Virus record (IMG/VR): IMGVR_UViG_3300031857_000007
DNA: 64,000 bases
Direction: 5' to 3' (one strand)
Source: a virus
Lineage: Duplodnaviria > Caudoviricetes
Shown here: one piece after another, positions 48,574-58,609 of the stretch
Layout of the letters: each line of letters begins with the position of its first letter
Numbering within the stretch: the first letter of the stretch is position 1
Notes under the pieces: generated by a model
Databases searched by the model: none
What the model was told of the DNA's origin: nothing
Seen by the model: only the letters and a program-made list of their open reading frames with translations
Translations under genes and position numbers: made by a program

Positions 48574-48660
48574 TTAGTAAGTTTCTGAGAGTTGATTAAC
48601 TGAGTGCGCCAACAAAACTAAGAAGGCGACACTAGTAATTGTAAAGATAGTTGAAGTCAT
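48574..48660 (-). CDS. Single-TM micropeptide (28 aa)
   Basis: MTSTIFTITSVAFLVLLAHSVNQLSETY; fills the hli-petF gap. Confidence 0.45.
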   Translation of the reverse strand: MTSTIFTITSVAFLVLLAHSVNQLSETY

Positions 48661-48673
48661 TGTCAATCAATTG

Positions 48674-48883
48674 TCAGAAGATGCCGAAGAAGAAGTTGCC
48701 AGTGATAGTGTAAGAAATAATCCCAGCAACAAAACCGACCATTGCCCAGCGTCCATTCATTTTCTCCGCTTTTTCTGCATAGGGTTCAATACCATAACGC
48801 TCAAGATCTTCTTTAGTCATATACATCGAAGGTTCTTTGGCAAACATATTCATTTGCCCGAACTCGTTTTTTGTTACAGTCAT
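48674..48883 (-). CDS. hli: High-light-inducible protein
   Basis: AEKMNGRWAMVGF...TGNFFFGIF; start MTVTKNE. Confidence 0.9.
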   Translation of the reverse strand: MTVTKNEFGQMNMFAKEPSMYMTKEDLERYGIEPYAEKAEKMNGRWAMVGFVAGIISYTITGNFFFGIF

Positions 48884-48909
48884 TATCTTTTGTAAAGATT
48901 TACAACACA

Positions 48910-48938
48910 ATTATATAGGAAATCTAAAGAAAAAACAA
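48910..48938 (-). promoter_or_regulatory. Sigma70-type promoter for the hli/petF/prx operon
   Basis: TTGTTT-N17-TATAAT. Confidence 0.6.
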
Positions 48939-48958
48939 GGGGGGAAACCCACCCTTGT
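48931..48958 (-). terminator. Terminator after the porin gene
   Basis: ACAAGGGTGGG-TTTC-CCCCCTTGT followed by T-run. Confidence 0.7.
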
Positions 48959-48998
48959 TAGAAAATGCTGACTTTAATGAGTATAAATGCTTACAAAA

Positions 48999-50522
48999 TC
49001 AGAATTTAAAGGTTGTCTGAACAAGTGCTCCAAAAGCATCTAGTCCACCACCAGCAGGATTACTTAGATAGAATACTGAAGGAGTGACTGCGATATTATC
49101 GGTAACTTGCACTTTATAGTAACCTTCAAGTGCATAGTTACCATCATTACCGTCTACACTGTTTTGTTCTGTGACAAAAGTAGGTTGACCGACTGCAAAT
49201 CCAAGAGCATTGCCCTTAGCAATTACATCTTTCCAAACCAGTCCAGTGTACCAAGACTGAGAAGCAGTATCACCACCCTCAGTATAGGAAGAGTTATTAT
49301 ATCCCCAACCAGCAGAGATGGAAGGAACCCAACCAGAGGTAGAAGGTTGCCAATAACCAGACAGAGCAAATGAGTTGGTATTGCCACCAGTTTCAGAGTT
49401 AGGAAGTGAAGATACTAATTCATTAGTTCCTTGAATTGAAACACCATTGGTTGCATAAGTATAAGCACCAGTCAGGTTCCAGTTCTTACCAGTGTAACCA
49501 AGTTGAACAGTGGTAGTAGCAGCAGAATTGCCATTAAACACGCCACCTTCAGCACTATCACCAACATCACCATCAGCAGCAACGTAGTTAGCACCTAAAG
49601 ACCAACTACCACTCTTATACCAGGCACCAAGACCAGCACCAAGGTTCTTGCTGTAAGTTCCAGGAGCACCAGCAAACTGGAAGATGTTCAGGATCTTATC
49701 TGCATTGTAGACAGAAGGCCACACCGCCAGCATATCATCCTGACGAACACGAGGACCAGCAACAACAGTTACATTCTTACCTACAGGGAATTGATAGTAC
49801 AGACGTTGAATAGCAACTACGTCACCTCCATCAGTGCCACCAAGATTTTCTTGGAAAGCAGCATCAAGTTTTGTGAGTTTGGTTGGATAAGCACCGTTAA
49901 ATGCACTGTCATCAAAATTACCAGCACGAAGTTGAGTGCGAAGCAAATCTTTGCCAGTGAAAGAAGTATCAAAGTTCAGACGAACATCATAGTTAAATGT
50001 AACCGCTTCACGAAGAGGGGCGTCGTTATACTTATTTACTTTATCACCACCATAATTTACACCACCAAGAACCCAACGAGAATCACCACGAAGTTTGGTA
50101 GTTGTAGAGAACTGAGTTGCTTCAAGTTGTCCAACTTGTGCTTCCAGTTTAGAAACAGAACCTTGGATTACAGTCAGTTCATTACGGAACTCATCAGCAA
50201 GACGCTTGAGTTCATCAGTATTTTCAGTTACACGATCCAGGCAAGCATTGAGAAGTGCTGCTGCTTCAAAGCGAGTCATTGCCTTACCGCCACCATAGGT
50301 GCCGTTAGGATAACCAGCAACGCAACCATAACGCTCTACAAGGTTGCTGAGTGCCTGATATGCCCAATCGGTGGGTTGAACATCAGACAGTTGTGAGACA
50401 CTCGTAACCTGTTCAGAGGAATATTGGTTGACTGCTGCCATATTAAGATCTGCAGCATTCGCAGCAACAGGAGCAACCATTCCCAGAGCAACAGGTGCAA
50501 GCATCAGTTGTTTGAGTTTCAT
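48999..50522 (-). CDS. Cyanobacterial outer-membrane porin (SomA/OprB-type with SLH domain)
   Basis: Signal peptide; VTSVSQLSDVQPTDWAYQAL..LVERYGC..GYP (SLH), FSTTTKL.G, C-terminal TTFKF. Confidence 0.9.
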   Translation of the reverse strand: MKLKQLMLAPVALGMVAPVAANAADLNMAAVNQYSSEQVTSVSQLSDVQPTDWAYQALSNLVERYGCVAGYPNGTYGGGKAMTRFEAAALLNACLDRVTENTDELKRLADEFRNELTVIQGSVSKLEAQVGQLEATQFSTTTKLRGDSRWVLGGVNYGGDKVNKYNDAPLREAVTFNYDVRLNFDTSFTGKDLLRTQLRAGNFDDSAFNGAYPTKLTKLDAAFQENLGGTDGGDVVAIQRLYYQFPVGKNVTVVAGPRVRQDDMLAVWPSVYNADKILNIFQFAGAPGTYSKNLGAGLGAWYKSGSWSLGANYVAADGDVGDSAEGGVFNGNSAATTTVQLGYTGKNWNLTGAYTYATNGVSIQGTNELVSSLPNSETGGNTNSFALSGYWQPSTSGWVPSISAGWGYNNSSYTEGGDTASQSWYTGLVWKDVIAKGNALGFAVGQPTFVTEQNSVDGNDGNYALEGYYKVQVTDNIAVTPSVFYLSNPAGGGLDAFGALVQTTFKF

Positions 50523-50586
50523 AAAAATGTTTATGTACTATAGGACAAATGTTAAGAATTACAACTGAATTCTTAAGTACTTATTT

Positions 50587-50615
50587 AGTATACAGACTTT
50601 CTTTACCTTTGTCAA
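50587..50615 (-). promoter_or_regulatory. Sigma70-type promoter for the porin, overlapping a late-like TAAATA
   Basis: TTGACA-N17-TATACT with TG extension; a TTAAGAATT-N7-AATTCTTAA inverted repeat lies downstream (50552-50576). Confidence 0.75.
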
Positions 50616-50619
50616 GGTC

Positions 50620-51408
50620 TCATTGAGCAGAAGAATTTTGGGTTATTCTGCCGAGATATGGATCATAATCCATATACTCTTTTATATCGATATCAGATCC
50701 ACGCTGACTCCAAAATTGATTTAATGCTTCATAATTTCCTCTATGAATTGCATCTATATGCTCAGGATGAATTGAAGAACCCAATTCAATTCTATACAAT
50801 AAAAGAGGTATTGAGTAAGTATTTCCGGTATTATAAATCAAATCATCTGCAACAGGTCGTGGTTTACAACCATTATCGAGTTTATACTTTTCTCCTCTAA
50901 CATGAAATTTTAAAAGTTTTTCTGCATGATGGCGAGTAATAAGATAACACGCAGTAGAAAAATCGTTGACAAATCTTTTATGAAGTTTTACATGAATATC
51001 ACCTGTGCAAATAATAGCGATCTGAACCACATCCCAATCGTAGGGAATATGAGCATAAAAATCATCCCAAGTAAAATTCCAGTATCGAACAAGATCTAAA
51101 TTACAATCATCCTCCATGATAATAGCATATGGAGAATCTGAGTTTTCGTACCAATGCCTGATAGCTTTCAAATGAGACGTTACACAACCAATTTCCCCAG
51201 ATGTCATATTGTCGGGATATTTTCCTGATATAATATCACTCAGATCATCATCCCTTCCGTCATAAGCAGAAACTCTATTATAATTGGTAACATTCCAATA
51301 TTCAAATTGAGATTTCATATACTGATCTCTTTCTGGTTGTCCGTCCAGATTAATATAGTATATTGGTCCAATATTTTTTAATTTGAATATAGATTTATTT
51401 TTGTCCAT
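50620..51408 (-). CDS. Glycosyltransferase family 25-like
   Basis: YYINLD...ER, GEIGC..SH..A, IMEDD. Confidence 0.8.
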   Translation of the reverse strand: MDKNKSIFKLKNIGPIYYINLDGQPERDQYMKSQFEYWNVTNYNRVSAYDGRDDDLSDIISGKYPDNMTSGEIGCVTSHLKAIRHWYENSDSPYAIIMEDDCNLDLVRYWNFTWDDFYAHIPYDWDVVQIAIICTGDIHVKLHKRFVNDFSTACYLITRHHAEKLLKFHVRGEKYKLDNGCKPRPVADDLIYNTGNTYSIPLLLYRIELGSSIHPEHIDAIHRGNYEALNQFWSQRGSDIDIKEYMDYDPYLGRITQNSSAQ

Positions 51409-52240
51409 TGTTATACTTTTTTAAATAATCCTGTTTTGAATAATACTCGATTAGTTGGTCTTTGTCCATTGTGCTAATTTTTTCCCATTCTAAATTATTA
51501 GAATTCATATGAGGGTTGTTAAACCAAGAATTAATTCCTCTAGCATGTTCTAAATGATATACTAAATTTTTGATTCTACAAATATTATAACCTAACGTAG
51601 AAAATCTGTAAAATCTCTCTTTATCTTCTGGGGCATATGCCACAAAGTTTTCGTTTTCCATTCCGCCATCAATATAGACCTGCCGATCAAAAAACTGAAC
51701 CCATCCAAAATCAGAGGTATGCTCCGATGAATGACTATCAAGAATTTTATAATCAGAAGTTTCTAGAAAAGCAGAAACAATTTCATCAGTTGCTTTAACC
51801 TGTCTTTGATACATTCCTTGACCATAAGGGTATACAATATCACACTCTTCATTCAATATTTTGTTATATGCACTTAGATATGAATCCAATGGAAGTAGAA
51901 CATCGCAATCATAATTTACTACGATTTTAGTTTTAGATTGTGATATCATTTCATTCAAAATTTTCTGTCTATGGAATTCAGATCCTTTTGAATGCTCAAA
52001 AATATGAAGAATATTAATATCAGATTCTACTACATCTTTTAATATTGGTAGAGCAACGTCTTGAAACTTCGAGGTAGTATCGACTTCTTTTATAATGATA
52101 TTAGTATCAAAATTTTCCAATAGAAAAGCTGTCGTTGTTATAACATTTCTAAGTCTATCTTCAGATTCAATTTGAATTGGTATTATAAATGTTGCTTTAG
52201 AAAGATCATTTTTCATCTGGATATCTTCTTGTTTGTACAA
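51395..52240 (-). CDS. Glycosyltransferase (GT-A, GT7-like C-terminus)
   Basis: YDCD (DxD), GGMENENF.AY..ED, YHLEH. Confidence 0.7.
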   Translation of the reverse strand: MYKQEDIQMKNDLSKATFIIPIQIESEDRLRNVITTTAFLLENFDTNIIIKEVDTTSKFQDVALPILKDVVESDINILHIFEHSKGSEFHRQKILNEMISQSKTKIVVNYDCDVLLPLDSYLSAYNKILNEECDIVYPYGQGMYQRQVKATDEIVSAFLETSDYKILDSHSSEHTSDFGWVQFFDRQVYIDGGMENENFVAYAPEDKERFYRFSTLGYNICRIKNLVYHLEHARGINSWFNNPHMNSNNLEWEKISTMDKDQLIEYYSKQDYLKKYNNGQK

Positions 52241-52982
52241 ATTCCTTATATTTTTCTTGAATATAATTATATTCTCTGGTATTAATTAACCAATTTCCTT
52301 CTGGGTGTTCAATAACAGCATCATATTGTGAAGTAGTGTGACTGCTTATTCTATTGTCATGATCTCTATTAGCAACTAGTACATCTTCTATAATGTGTGG
52401 GAGACCATTTTCCCATCTCATTCTATGATAAAAATCAGTGTCCAATAGCAGTTTTAAATTTTCATCAAAATCTACTTTAACTTCATTTAGAAAAGAAACG
52501 ACTGAAGGACTACTTAAAAGATTTCGACCCTCTAACATATAGTCAGTCCATTGTGGAACTTTATGGTCATAAAAAGTTTTTCCATCTTTTGTACCACAAA
52601 ATCCACTGAATGCCCATTTACAATTAGTTTTTTCATATTCTTTTTGAATTATATCAAGAGCGTCTTCTCTAACAAAAATATCATCTGAAAACATTATTTT
52701 AATAATGTCTCCAGAACAATTTTCTAGAGCAATATTTATATTTTCGCAAGGAACAGATCCTTGATACTTTATATACGTAAATTCGAAGTCTTCAGAATAG
52801 TCTTTACAAACATCCAATATACTATCATTTTTACTTTGATCAGAAATTACAATATCAAAATCTCTAAAAGTTTGAATTTTTAAAGACTCAAAAAGTTCCC
52901 TCAACCAAACAGTACCAACTTCCCCCCGATCATGGGTAGGAATCGCAATAGAAAATTTACAAGACATTATATTCTTTCCCAA
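52206..52982 (-). CDS. Glycosyltransferase family 2
   Basis: SIAIPT, IVISDQS, NINIAL....GD.I....SDD. Confidence 0.8.
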   Translation of the reverse strand: MGKNIMSCKFSIAIPTHDRGEVGTVWLRELFESLKIQTFRDFDIVISDQSKNDSILDVCKDYSEDFEFTYIKYQGSVPCENINIALENCSGDIIKIMFSDDIFVREDALDIIQKEYEKTNCKWAFSGFCGTKDGKTFYDHKVPQWTDYMLEGRNLLSSPSVVSFLNEVKVDFDENLKLLLDTDFYHRMRWENGLPHIIEDVLVANRDHDNRISSHTTSQYDAVIEHPEGNWLINTREYNYIQEKYKEFVQTRRYPDEK

Positions 52983-53740
52983 GATTCTGGAACAAGATCA
53001 CTATCATCAAGATTTGCACTAGGTCCAAACCAAACTTTAGGTGCAATAATCTTCTTACTATCAGAGAGCCATGCTCCCCACCAACTAAAAGAACTATTTG
53101 CAATAATGTGATAATTGCACATAGTCATTAAACACATGTCAACAAGATTATTATTAGATTCTGAAATGAGGAATCTATCTGGTTGAAAGAGTTCTTGTTT
53201 TTTGCACCATTCTGGATCATCGGAAAAAATGAGAACTGGAATATCCTTTGGCATTTTATTTAATGCTTCTTCATAATATTCTAGAGGGCACAATGGATGA
53301 TAATTTTGCTTCTCCACATAATCTGTTCTGCGGATATGAAGAGATAAAGCTTCATCAAAAGTAAACACTTCCTTACAAGGATTCCAAATATCATTTACAA
53401 AAATGAAATCTTTCCGAATTTGATTTTCAATATGCTTGAAATATTTTTCAGTTTGGAAAAAACCATATAGATTTACATTATCAGAACAATTCTCAAATAA
53501 ATCTTCATCAAATGTAAAAGATTTTTCCTCAGTATAAACTGCACCAAGCATTTCAACATGCTTTAAAGATGAAAGTTCAAAAGCTTCAAATAATTGATGA
53601 TCGATATTTTCATTTTTAAATTCGCTTGGGGGAATACAATAATCATAATTATGCTTTGAAGCAATTCCTTTCAATGCCGCATATTGAAACATTTGATTTC
53701 CAAGTCTTCCATTACGACCTAAGTGATTATATCCAATCAT
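52967..53740 (-). CDS. GT11 alpha-1,2-fucosyltransferase-like
   Basis: GRLGNQMFQYA, GFFQTEKYF, HIRRTDY, IFSDD, IIANSSFSWWGAWL. Confidence 0.85.
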   Translation of the reverse strand: MIGYNHLGRNGRLGNQMFQYAALKGIASKHNYDYCIPPSEFKNENIDHQLFEAFELSSLKHVEMLGAVYTEEKSFTFDEDLFENCSDNVNLYGFFQTEKYFKHIENQIRKDFIFVNDIWNPCKEVFTFDEALSLHIRRTDYVEKQNYHPLCPLEYYEEALNKMPKDIPVLIFSDDPEWCKKQELFQPDRFLISESNNNLVDMCLMTMCNYHIIANSSFSWWGAWLSDSKKIIAPKVWFGPSANLDDSDLVPESWERI

Positions 53741-53747
53741 GTTTACC

Positions 53748-54440
53748 TCAAATAATATCTTGAACAAAAAAATGAAATCCAAAAGTCTCTATGCCGTCAT
53801 GATATGGAGATATATGTCTTTCTTTAGAGAATTTTGCTGCAACTTCTATAGGAGCAAACTTGCATCCTTGTTCTTCGTATATATGTCTGTTATGAACACA
53901 TATATTTCCGTCTTCTGAAGTTGACCCATACCCAAAATGCTTATAAAAATTTCCTTTATTCACATCCCAAGGTACTTGAACTTTGGTAGGAACATCTAAA
54001 AGTTTTTTACTTCTAAAACTAAACCCACCATTACCAACTGAAATATGTTCGCCAAATGGAGTCACAAATGACGCCTCTTCCCATCTCCATGGTGCTCCAA
54101 TGTAGTCGTAGTTAAACCAGGTGTTGTCCCAGTTCCACGGTCTAATAACATACCCATCCGGTTGAACAAGTAGACAATAATCAGTGTCAATATGTTTAGT
54201 GAGATTATAGATGCAATAATAATTATAATCATGGATTGATTCTATCTTATAGCATTTAGAAAACTCAATTCCTTCAGGAAGATTACCAGGATACTCGTGG
54301 GTAATTAATTTTACTTTTCCAAAGGATATACCCTCCATACTTTTTTGCAGAGCATAGAGAGCACCTGGAATATTGTTAGAAGAAATGCAAAAAAGAGTTA
54401 CATTTGGAAGACTAATCTTATTCATATTTAACCAAAACAC
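53748..54440 (-). CDS. DUF5672-like putative glycosyltransferase
   Basis: LLVQPDG, YDYIGAPW, VGNGGFSFRS, EDGNIC, FGFH. Confidence 0.7.
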   Translation of the reverse strand: MFWLNMNKISLPNVTLFCISSNNIPGALYALQKSMEGISFGKVKLITHEYPGNLPEGIEFSKCYKIESIHDYNYYCIYNLTKHIDTDYCLLVQPDGYVIRPWNWDNTWFNYDYIGAPWRWEEASFVTPFGEHISVGNGGFSFRSKKLLDVPTKVQVPWDVNKGNFYKHFGYGSTSEDGNICVHNRHIYEEQGCKFAPIEVAAKFSKERHISPYHDGIETFGFHFFVQDII

Positions 54441-55413
54441 CAGAAGTTTCAGGATTAATTACATGACTATATTTACGGTATTCTTGCCAACAGTCTTCAC
54501 CCAATTTAACTTTACCATCTCTATCCATATAAGTCCACTCAGGAACAATTGAATCTACAGGTCTCCACCAACCATCAGAGGTATTCCAATCAAACCAATA
54601 CATTGGAACAATAATATTTTTAAGTTCTGTAGACAACCAAACAGGCCAAAATGAAAACGTAGAGGAAGACATAATTACATTTTTTGCTGTGTGCAAAATA
54701 GTATAGTCAATTGATAGTGGTCCTCCTTTCATTTGATACCAACCGATTTTATAATCTGGTCCTCCTGGTTCATTAGAAACTGCAGCACCAACAACTTCAA
54801 TTCCGGGAATGTGTTTTCTTGCTAGTTCTAGATCGTCAGTAACGATCACAAATTTCATATCTCTTCTCCTATCCCTCATTCTTTCGATTGCCATTTGGTA
54901 GTAATGGGGAGGCAGAAAGGAAAATCCAGTGGAATAATCTCCACCACGAAAATGAATTACACAAATATCATCTGCAGAGTAGTCAGTAATAACTTTATCT
55001 TCATCAACTTTGCACCACACTCTAATATCATCACGACGATCTTCGATGTATAACATATTTTGAAATGTTCCATCGATTTTAGTATTATCAGGAAGGAAGA
55101 AAAGTCCATGGTCAATTGGGTTCATATCATGTTGATGACGACCTTCCTTATAATGTCCTTCTTGTCGTTCGCGATACCAAAATTCAATTCCTTCTGGGAG
55201 AGTATCAGGAGGTCCTCCATCTGGACCAGATCCACCAATAACTTCTTTACCCCAAAAATATTTCATCCATCCATTTCCTTTCCAAAGTTCTTTGCCTTTA
55301 ATCCCATATTCATATCCCAATTTTTCTGCAATGATACGGGTTACAACAGATGCCCAAATCTGATTACCAAGACCAGACCCAAGATACATTTCATTTACTA
55401 ACATATTCTCCAC
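54418..55413 (-). CDS. GT11-like glycosyltransferase
   Basis: GLGNQ, HFRGGDY, IVTDD, SSSTFSFW..WL. Confidence 0.75.
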   Translation of the reverse strand: MENMLVNEMYLGSGLGNQIWASVVTRIIAEKLGYEYGIKGKELWKGNGWMKYFWGKEVIGGSGPDGGPPDTLPEGIEFWYRERQEGHYKEGRHQHDMNPIDHGLFFLPDNTKIDGTFQNMLYIEDRRDDIRVWCKVDEDKVITDYSADDICVIHFRGGDYSTGFSFLPPHYYQMAIERMRDRRRDMKFVIVTDDLELARKHIPGIEVVGAAVSNEPGGPDYKIGWYQMKGGPLSIDYTILHTAKNVIMSSSTFSFWPVWLSTELKNIIVPMYWFDWNTSDGWWRPVDSIVPEWTYMDRDGKVKLGEDCWQEYRKYSHVINPETSGVLVKYE

Positions 55414-56341
55414 TTAAAGCTTTATTTACAATATTATCAAAAAAAGTTGGAAGTGTCAATTGAGATAAATCCATGGTCTGTGCTTTAATAAACAAATCTT
55501 CATTGTCTTCTAAAAGTTGCTTCGTCACTTCTTTATAATCATCCACAAACAACACTGGATATCCATTGAATAATTTATTCAGATAAGGATGATTTTTCAT
55601 TATTGGGACTCTTCTCATATAAAGAACTTCCCAATTCCTATGACAATCGATAGCATTTCCGATAGGACAAATCATAAACTTAGACTGACTAAGATTATAT
55701 AAAAATACAGAATAAGGAACTCTTTCTTCATGCACTTCTGCCCATGATTCATTTTTAAAAATACCTTTAATGCCTACCCTTTCAATATTTGTAGATTCGC
55801 TATGACTAACATATAAAAGTCCAGGCGGATTTTTTGGCAAAAGTCTCATAGAACTCTTTATATCAAGTATTCTACTATCGTTCTGACTCATTGCTCTCTG
55901 CAAACCATAAGGAGCTGGAATTACCTTTCCTCCGTTAGCAATAGCATTTACCGCACTAATGCAAAGAACATTATCTGGTATTGATTCAAAAATATGCTCA
56001 TCAATAGGAGTATCTTCAAGATTAGTAAAAATGATAAATCTCATATCAGGAAAATTAGAACATAATCTTAACAGATCACTCTTTTCCATAAGACCTTCAA
56101 CATAAGGTCTATCAGAATCTTTAACCTCTACAATATGCCTTTTATATAAACGAATATTATCAATGAACAGAGTCATATAATCTCTGCTCTTTTTAATTTC
56201 AAAAACCTTCTCTACAAATTCTAAATTTAATAAATTTGCATCTTTCATAAAAGATGTAAAAATATTCCCCCATTGACCAGATTGATCTCCGAAGGAATAA
56301 TCACATAATTTTGAAAGCTCTATACCCTCAATCAATTCCAT
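55391..56341 (-). CDS. Putative glycosyltransferase (exostosin-like C-terminus)
   Basis: SKFMICP.GN..DCHRNWE.LY...VPI. Confidence 0.55.
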   Translation of the reverse strand: MELIEGIELSKLCDYSFGDQSGQWGNIFTSFMKDANLLNLEFVEKVFEIKKSRDYMTLFIDNIRLYKRHIVEVKDSDRPYVEGLMEKSDLLRLCSNFPDMRFIIFTNLEDTPIDEHIFESIPDNVLCISAVNAIANGGKVIPAPYGLQRAMSQNDSRILDIKSSMRLLPKNPPGLLYVSHSESTNIERVGIKGIFKNESWAEVHEERVPYSVFLYNLSQSKFMICPIGNAIDCHRNWEVLYMRRVPIMKNHPYLNKLFNGYPVLFVDDYKEVTKQLLEDNEDLFIKAQTMDLSQLTLPTFFDNIVNKALSGEYVSK

Positions 56342-57189
56342 GGTTTAATAAAATTAGAATATTTTTCTTGATTATTAATGATATATTCTGGGTATGAACT
56401 ATCAATAGGCACGGTTGTTATTTGAATTGGTCTACCAAAAGGATCAATACCTTCTTCTATTTTCTTCTCAGCAGTAGAAGTAATTTCTTCTGTATTGTTT
56501 TCGGTATGTTCATATGCAGAAAGTTTTGCTCTAAAATTATCAGCATCACCAAAGAAACTCCAATGCCATCCGCCGTCTTCAATTTTATAAGAATCTTTGT
56601 GATTGTTTCTAAGCATATCAACAGAAGATTCTGACAGTTTTTCAAAACTACAAATTCTAGATCCCATCCAATTTTCTTGATAAAGATAGTTCAATTTGTA
56701 ATAGAATGCTCTTTGAAGGCACACATAATGATTATTTTTATCAAACCAATCTAAGTTTTCAAAAATTAAAGGATTTGGAACTTCATCAACATCACTCGTA
56801 ATTATAATATCTTCGTTGTTTATTCCACCCTTTATTGCACCATAAATGCTGGAATCTCTATTAAATATTGCTCTTTGAAATCTAATAGGATATTGATAAT
56901 ATGGATTTCCTCCATTATCATTTTCTTTCATTGGAGTATGATATTTCCGCTTTTCCATATAGTCGGAATAATCATTTGGAATTTCTTCGGTAATATTATG
57001 AATAATCTTGTGATTAAACTTAGAAAATCTTTCCTTGTTCTCAAGATAAAAAAGTGGTTTAGAATTTCCACTAACTGTCCAAGGAGACTCTGTGATTACA
57101 AAATAATCCACAAAATCATTAAGTACATTTAACCTAATTTCCAGAAGATCTAATTCGTTAAAGAAAATTACGGAATCAAAAATTTTCAT
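56332..57189 (-). CDS. GT17 beta-1,4-N-acetylglucosaminyltransferase-like
   Basis: FFNELDLLEIRL..L...VD.FV..ES, SDVDEVP, GGWHWS. Confidence 0.8.
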   Translation of the reverse strand: MKIFDSVIFFNELDLLEIRLNVLNDFVDYFVITESPWTVSGNSKPLFYLENKERFSKFNHKIIHNITEEIPNDYSDYMEKRKYHTPMKENDNGGNPYYQYPIRFQRAIFNRDSSIYGAIKGGINNEDIIITSDVDEVPNPLIFENLDWFDKNNHYVCLQRAFYYKLNYLYQENWMGSRICSFEKLSESSVDMLRNNHKDSYKIEDGGWHWSFFGDADNFRAKLSAYEHTENNTEEITSTAEKKIEEGIDPFGRPIQITTVPIDSSYPEYIINNQEKYSNFIKPWN

Positions 57190-57974
57190 TTAATCTTATA
57201 CTCCAAAATGAATTTACGTTGTTCTTCATTGTTTTTCCATTCTTTAAGATTAATATAGTCATTTAACTCCATCATATAAACAGATATATCAGTTTCATAT
57301 AACATTTCCGGATTTAAGTGCTCATCAAGATATAAATTTGTACAGTAAAATTTTTTAATATTATTTGAACACAGAGCAGCTGCAACTGCAAAAGTTCCTA
57401 CACCAGAGGAAGCTAAATTTTTTGCTCTCAAAAGAGTAGAAAAATCATCAGAAACATTAGAAGATTGAATTGTAACTTTATTATTTTTTCTCAATTCATC
57501 TATGATTGGATTATAGTTGTCAGGTTCAGTAACAACTATAACTTTTTCATATTCTTCAATAAGATTTAAATAGTATACCAGAGGATTTGGAACATAGTCA
57601 TGAGGTGGATTATGTTCATGTGCAAAAATATCACCACTACGGATATGAATAACTAAAGTATCTTCATCAAAAGGATCCTTTATCGAGAATTTAAATTTAT
57701 TAATTACATACTCCTTTGCAACCCTTCTCATATTTTTATAGAGATAATTTATATCAATCTCAAAATCTTTATTTTCAGTATTATAATGGAAAAACCTAGA
57801 GGGCCTAACCATTGTTTGATTTCTCTGATTGAAAATAATTTGATCAATTAGTTCGTGAGGAGGAGTAAAAAATCCAGAATCATTAATTTCTGAAAAAATT
57901 ATTCCATTACAAATCTGTTGGATATTATTTCCAAGTCTCCCGTACCAATTACTGATAGTGTAAAGTATACTCAT
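57186..57974 (-). CDS. GT11-like hypothetical glycosyltransferase
   Basis: GRLGNNIQQ, IHIRSGD, S.GTF. Confidence 0.55.
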   Translation of the reverse strand: MSILYTISNWYGRLGNNIQQICNGIIFSEINDSGFFTPPHELIDQIIFNQRNQTMVRPSRFFHYNTENKDFEIDINYLYKNMRRVAKEYVINKFKFSIKDPFDEDTLVIHIRSGDIFAHEHNPPHDYVPNPLVYYLNLIEEYEKVIVVTEPDNYNPIIDELRKNNKVTIQSSNVSDDFSTLLRAKNLASSGVGTFAVAAALCSNNIKKFYCTNLYLDEHLNPEMLYETDISVYMMELNDYINLKEWKNNEEQRKFILEYKIK

Positions 57975-58609
57975 ATAAGGTCCTTATTAATATAGAATGC
58001 ATCTCCCCAAGTTCCACCTATCCAATCAGTTTCAACTCTGGTCATATTATATGATTTTAGAAATTCATCAATATCTTCTATCATAGCATTATTTTCGTAA
58101 ACTTCAGTATTATTAACTTCAGTATACACATAATCAATTTTATTAAGAGTTGTAGTAGCTCCTTTTAAAACTTCGAGTTCATACCCTTGGGTATCCATAT
58201 TAATAAAATTGTAAGAATGATCCTCTGGAATTATAGAATCCATTGTAACCATTTCTACAGTTTCAGTAGAATCAAAAGTAATATCTGGATATTGAACCAG
58301 AACATGTTTTGGTTTTAAAATAGAACTACACAATCCGTCAATATTACAATGCATTTCTACGGTTTTGTTTTCAGTCCCTAATGCTACATTATGCAATTCT
58401 AAATTTTCAAAATTCATTGATTTTGCAACTTTAGACAATTTTGCAAATGGTTCTTTTTGAGGTTCAAAGACAATAAGATTATTAATATTGTTGTCTTTAT
58501 AAGACTGCATTTCTTGTCCAATGTGTCCACCAACATGGATAACACCAGAAATATTGATGTCGTATTTTCTAATTATAGACCCAAGACTAATAATCATTTT
58601 AATTTCCAA
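57971..58609 (-). CDS. FkbM-family methyltransferase
   Basis: HVGGHIGQE, FEP, INMDTQGYELEVLKG. Confidence 0.85.
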   Translation of the reverse strand: MEIKMIISLGSIIRKYDINISGVIHVGGHIGQEMQSYKDNNINNLIVFEPQKEPFAKLSKVAKSMNFENLELHNVALGTENKTVEMHCNIDGLCSSILKPKHVLVQYPDITFDSTETVEMVTMDSIIPEDHSYNFINMDTQGYELEVLKGATTTLNKIDYVYTEVNNTEVYENNAMIEDIDEFLKSYNMTRVETDWIGGTWGDAFYINKDLI

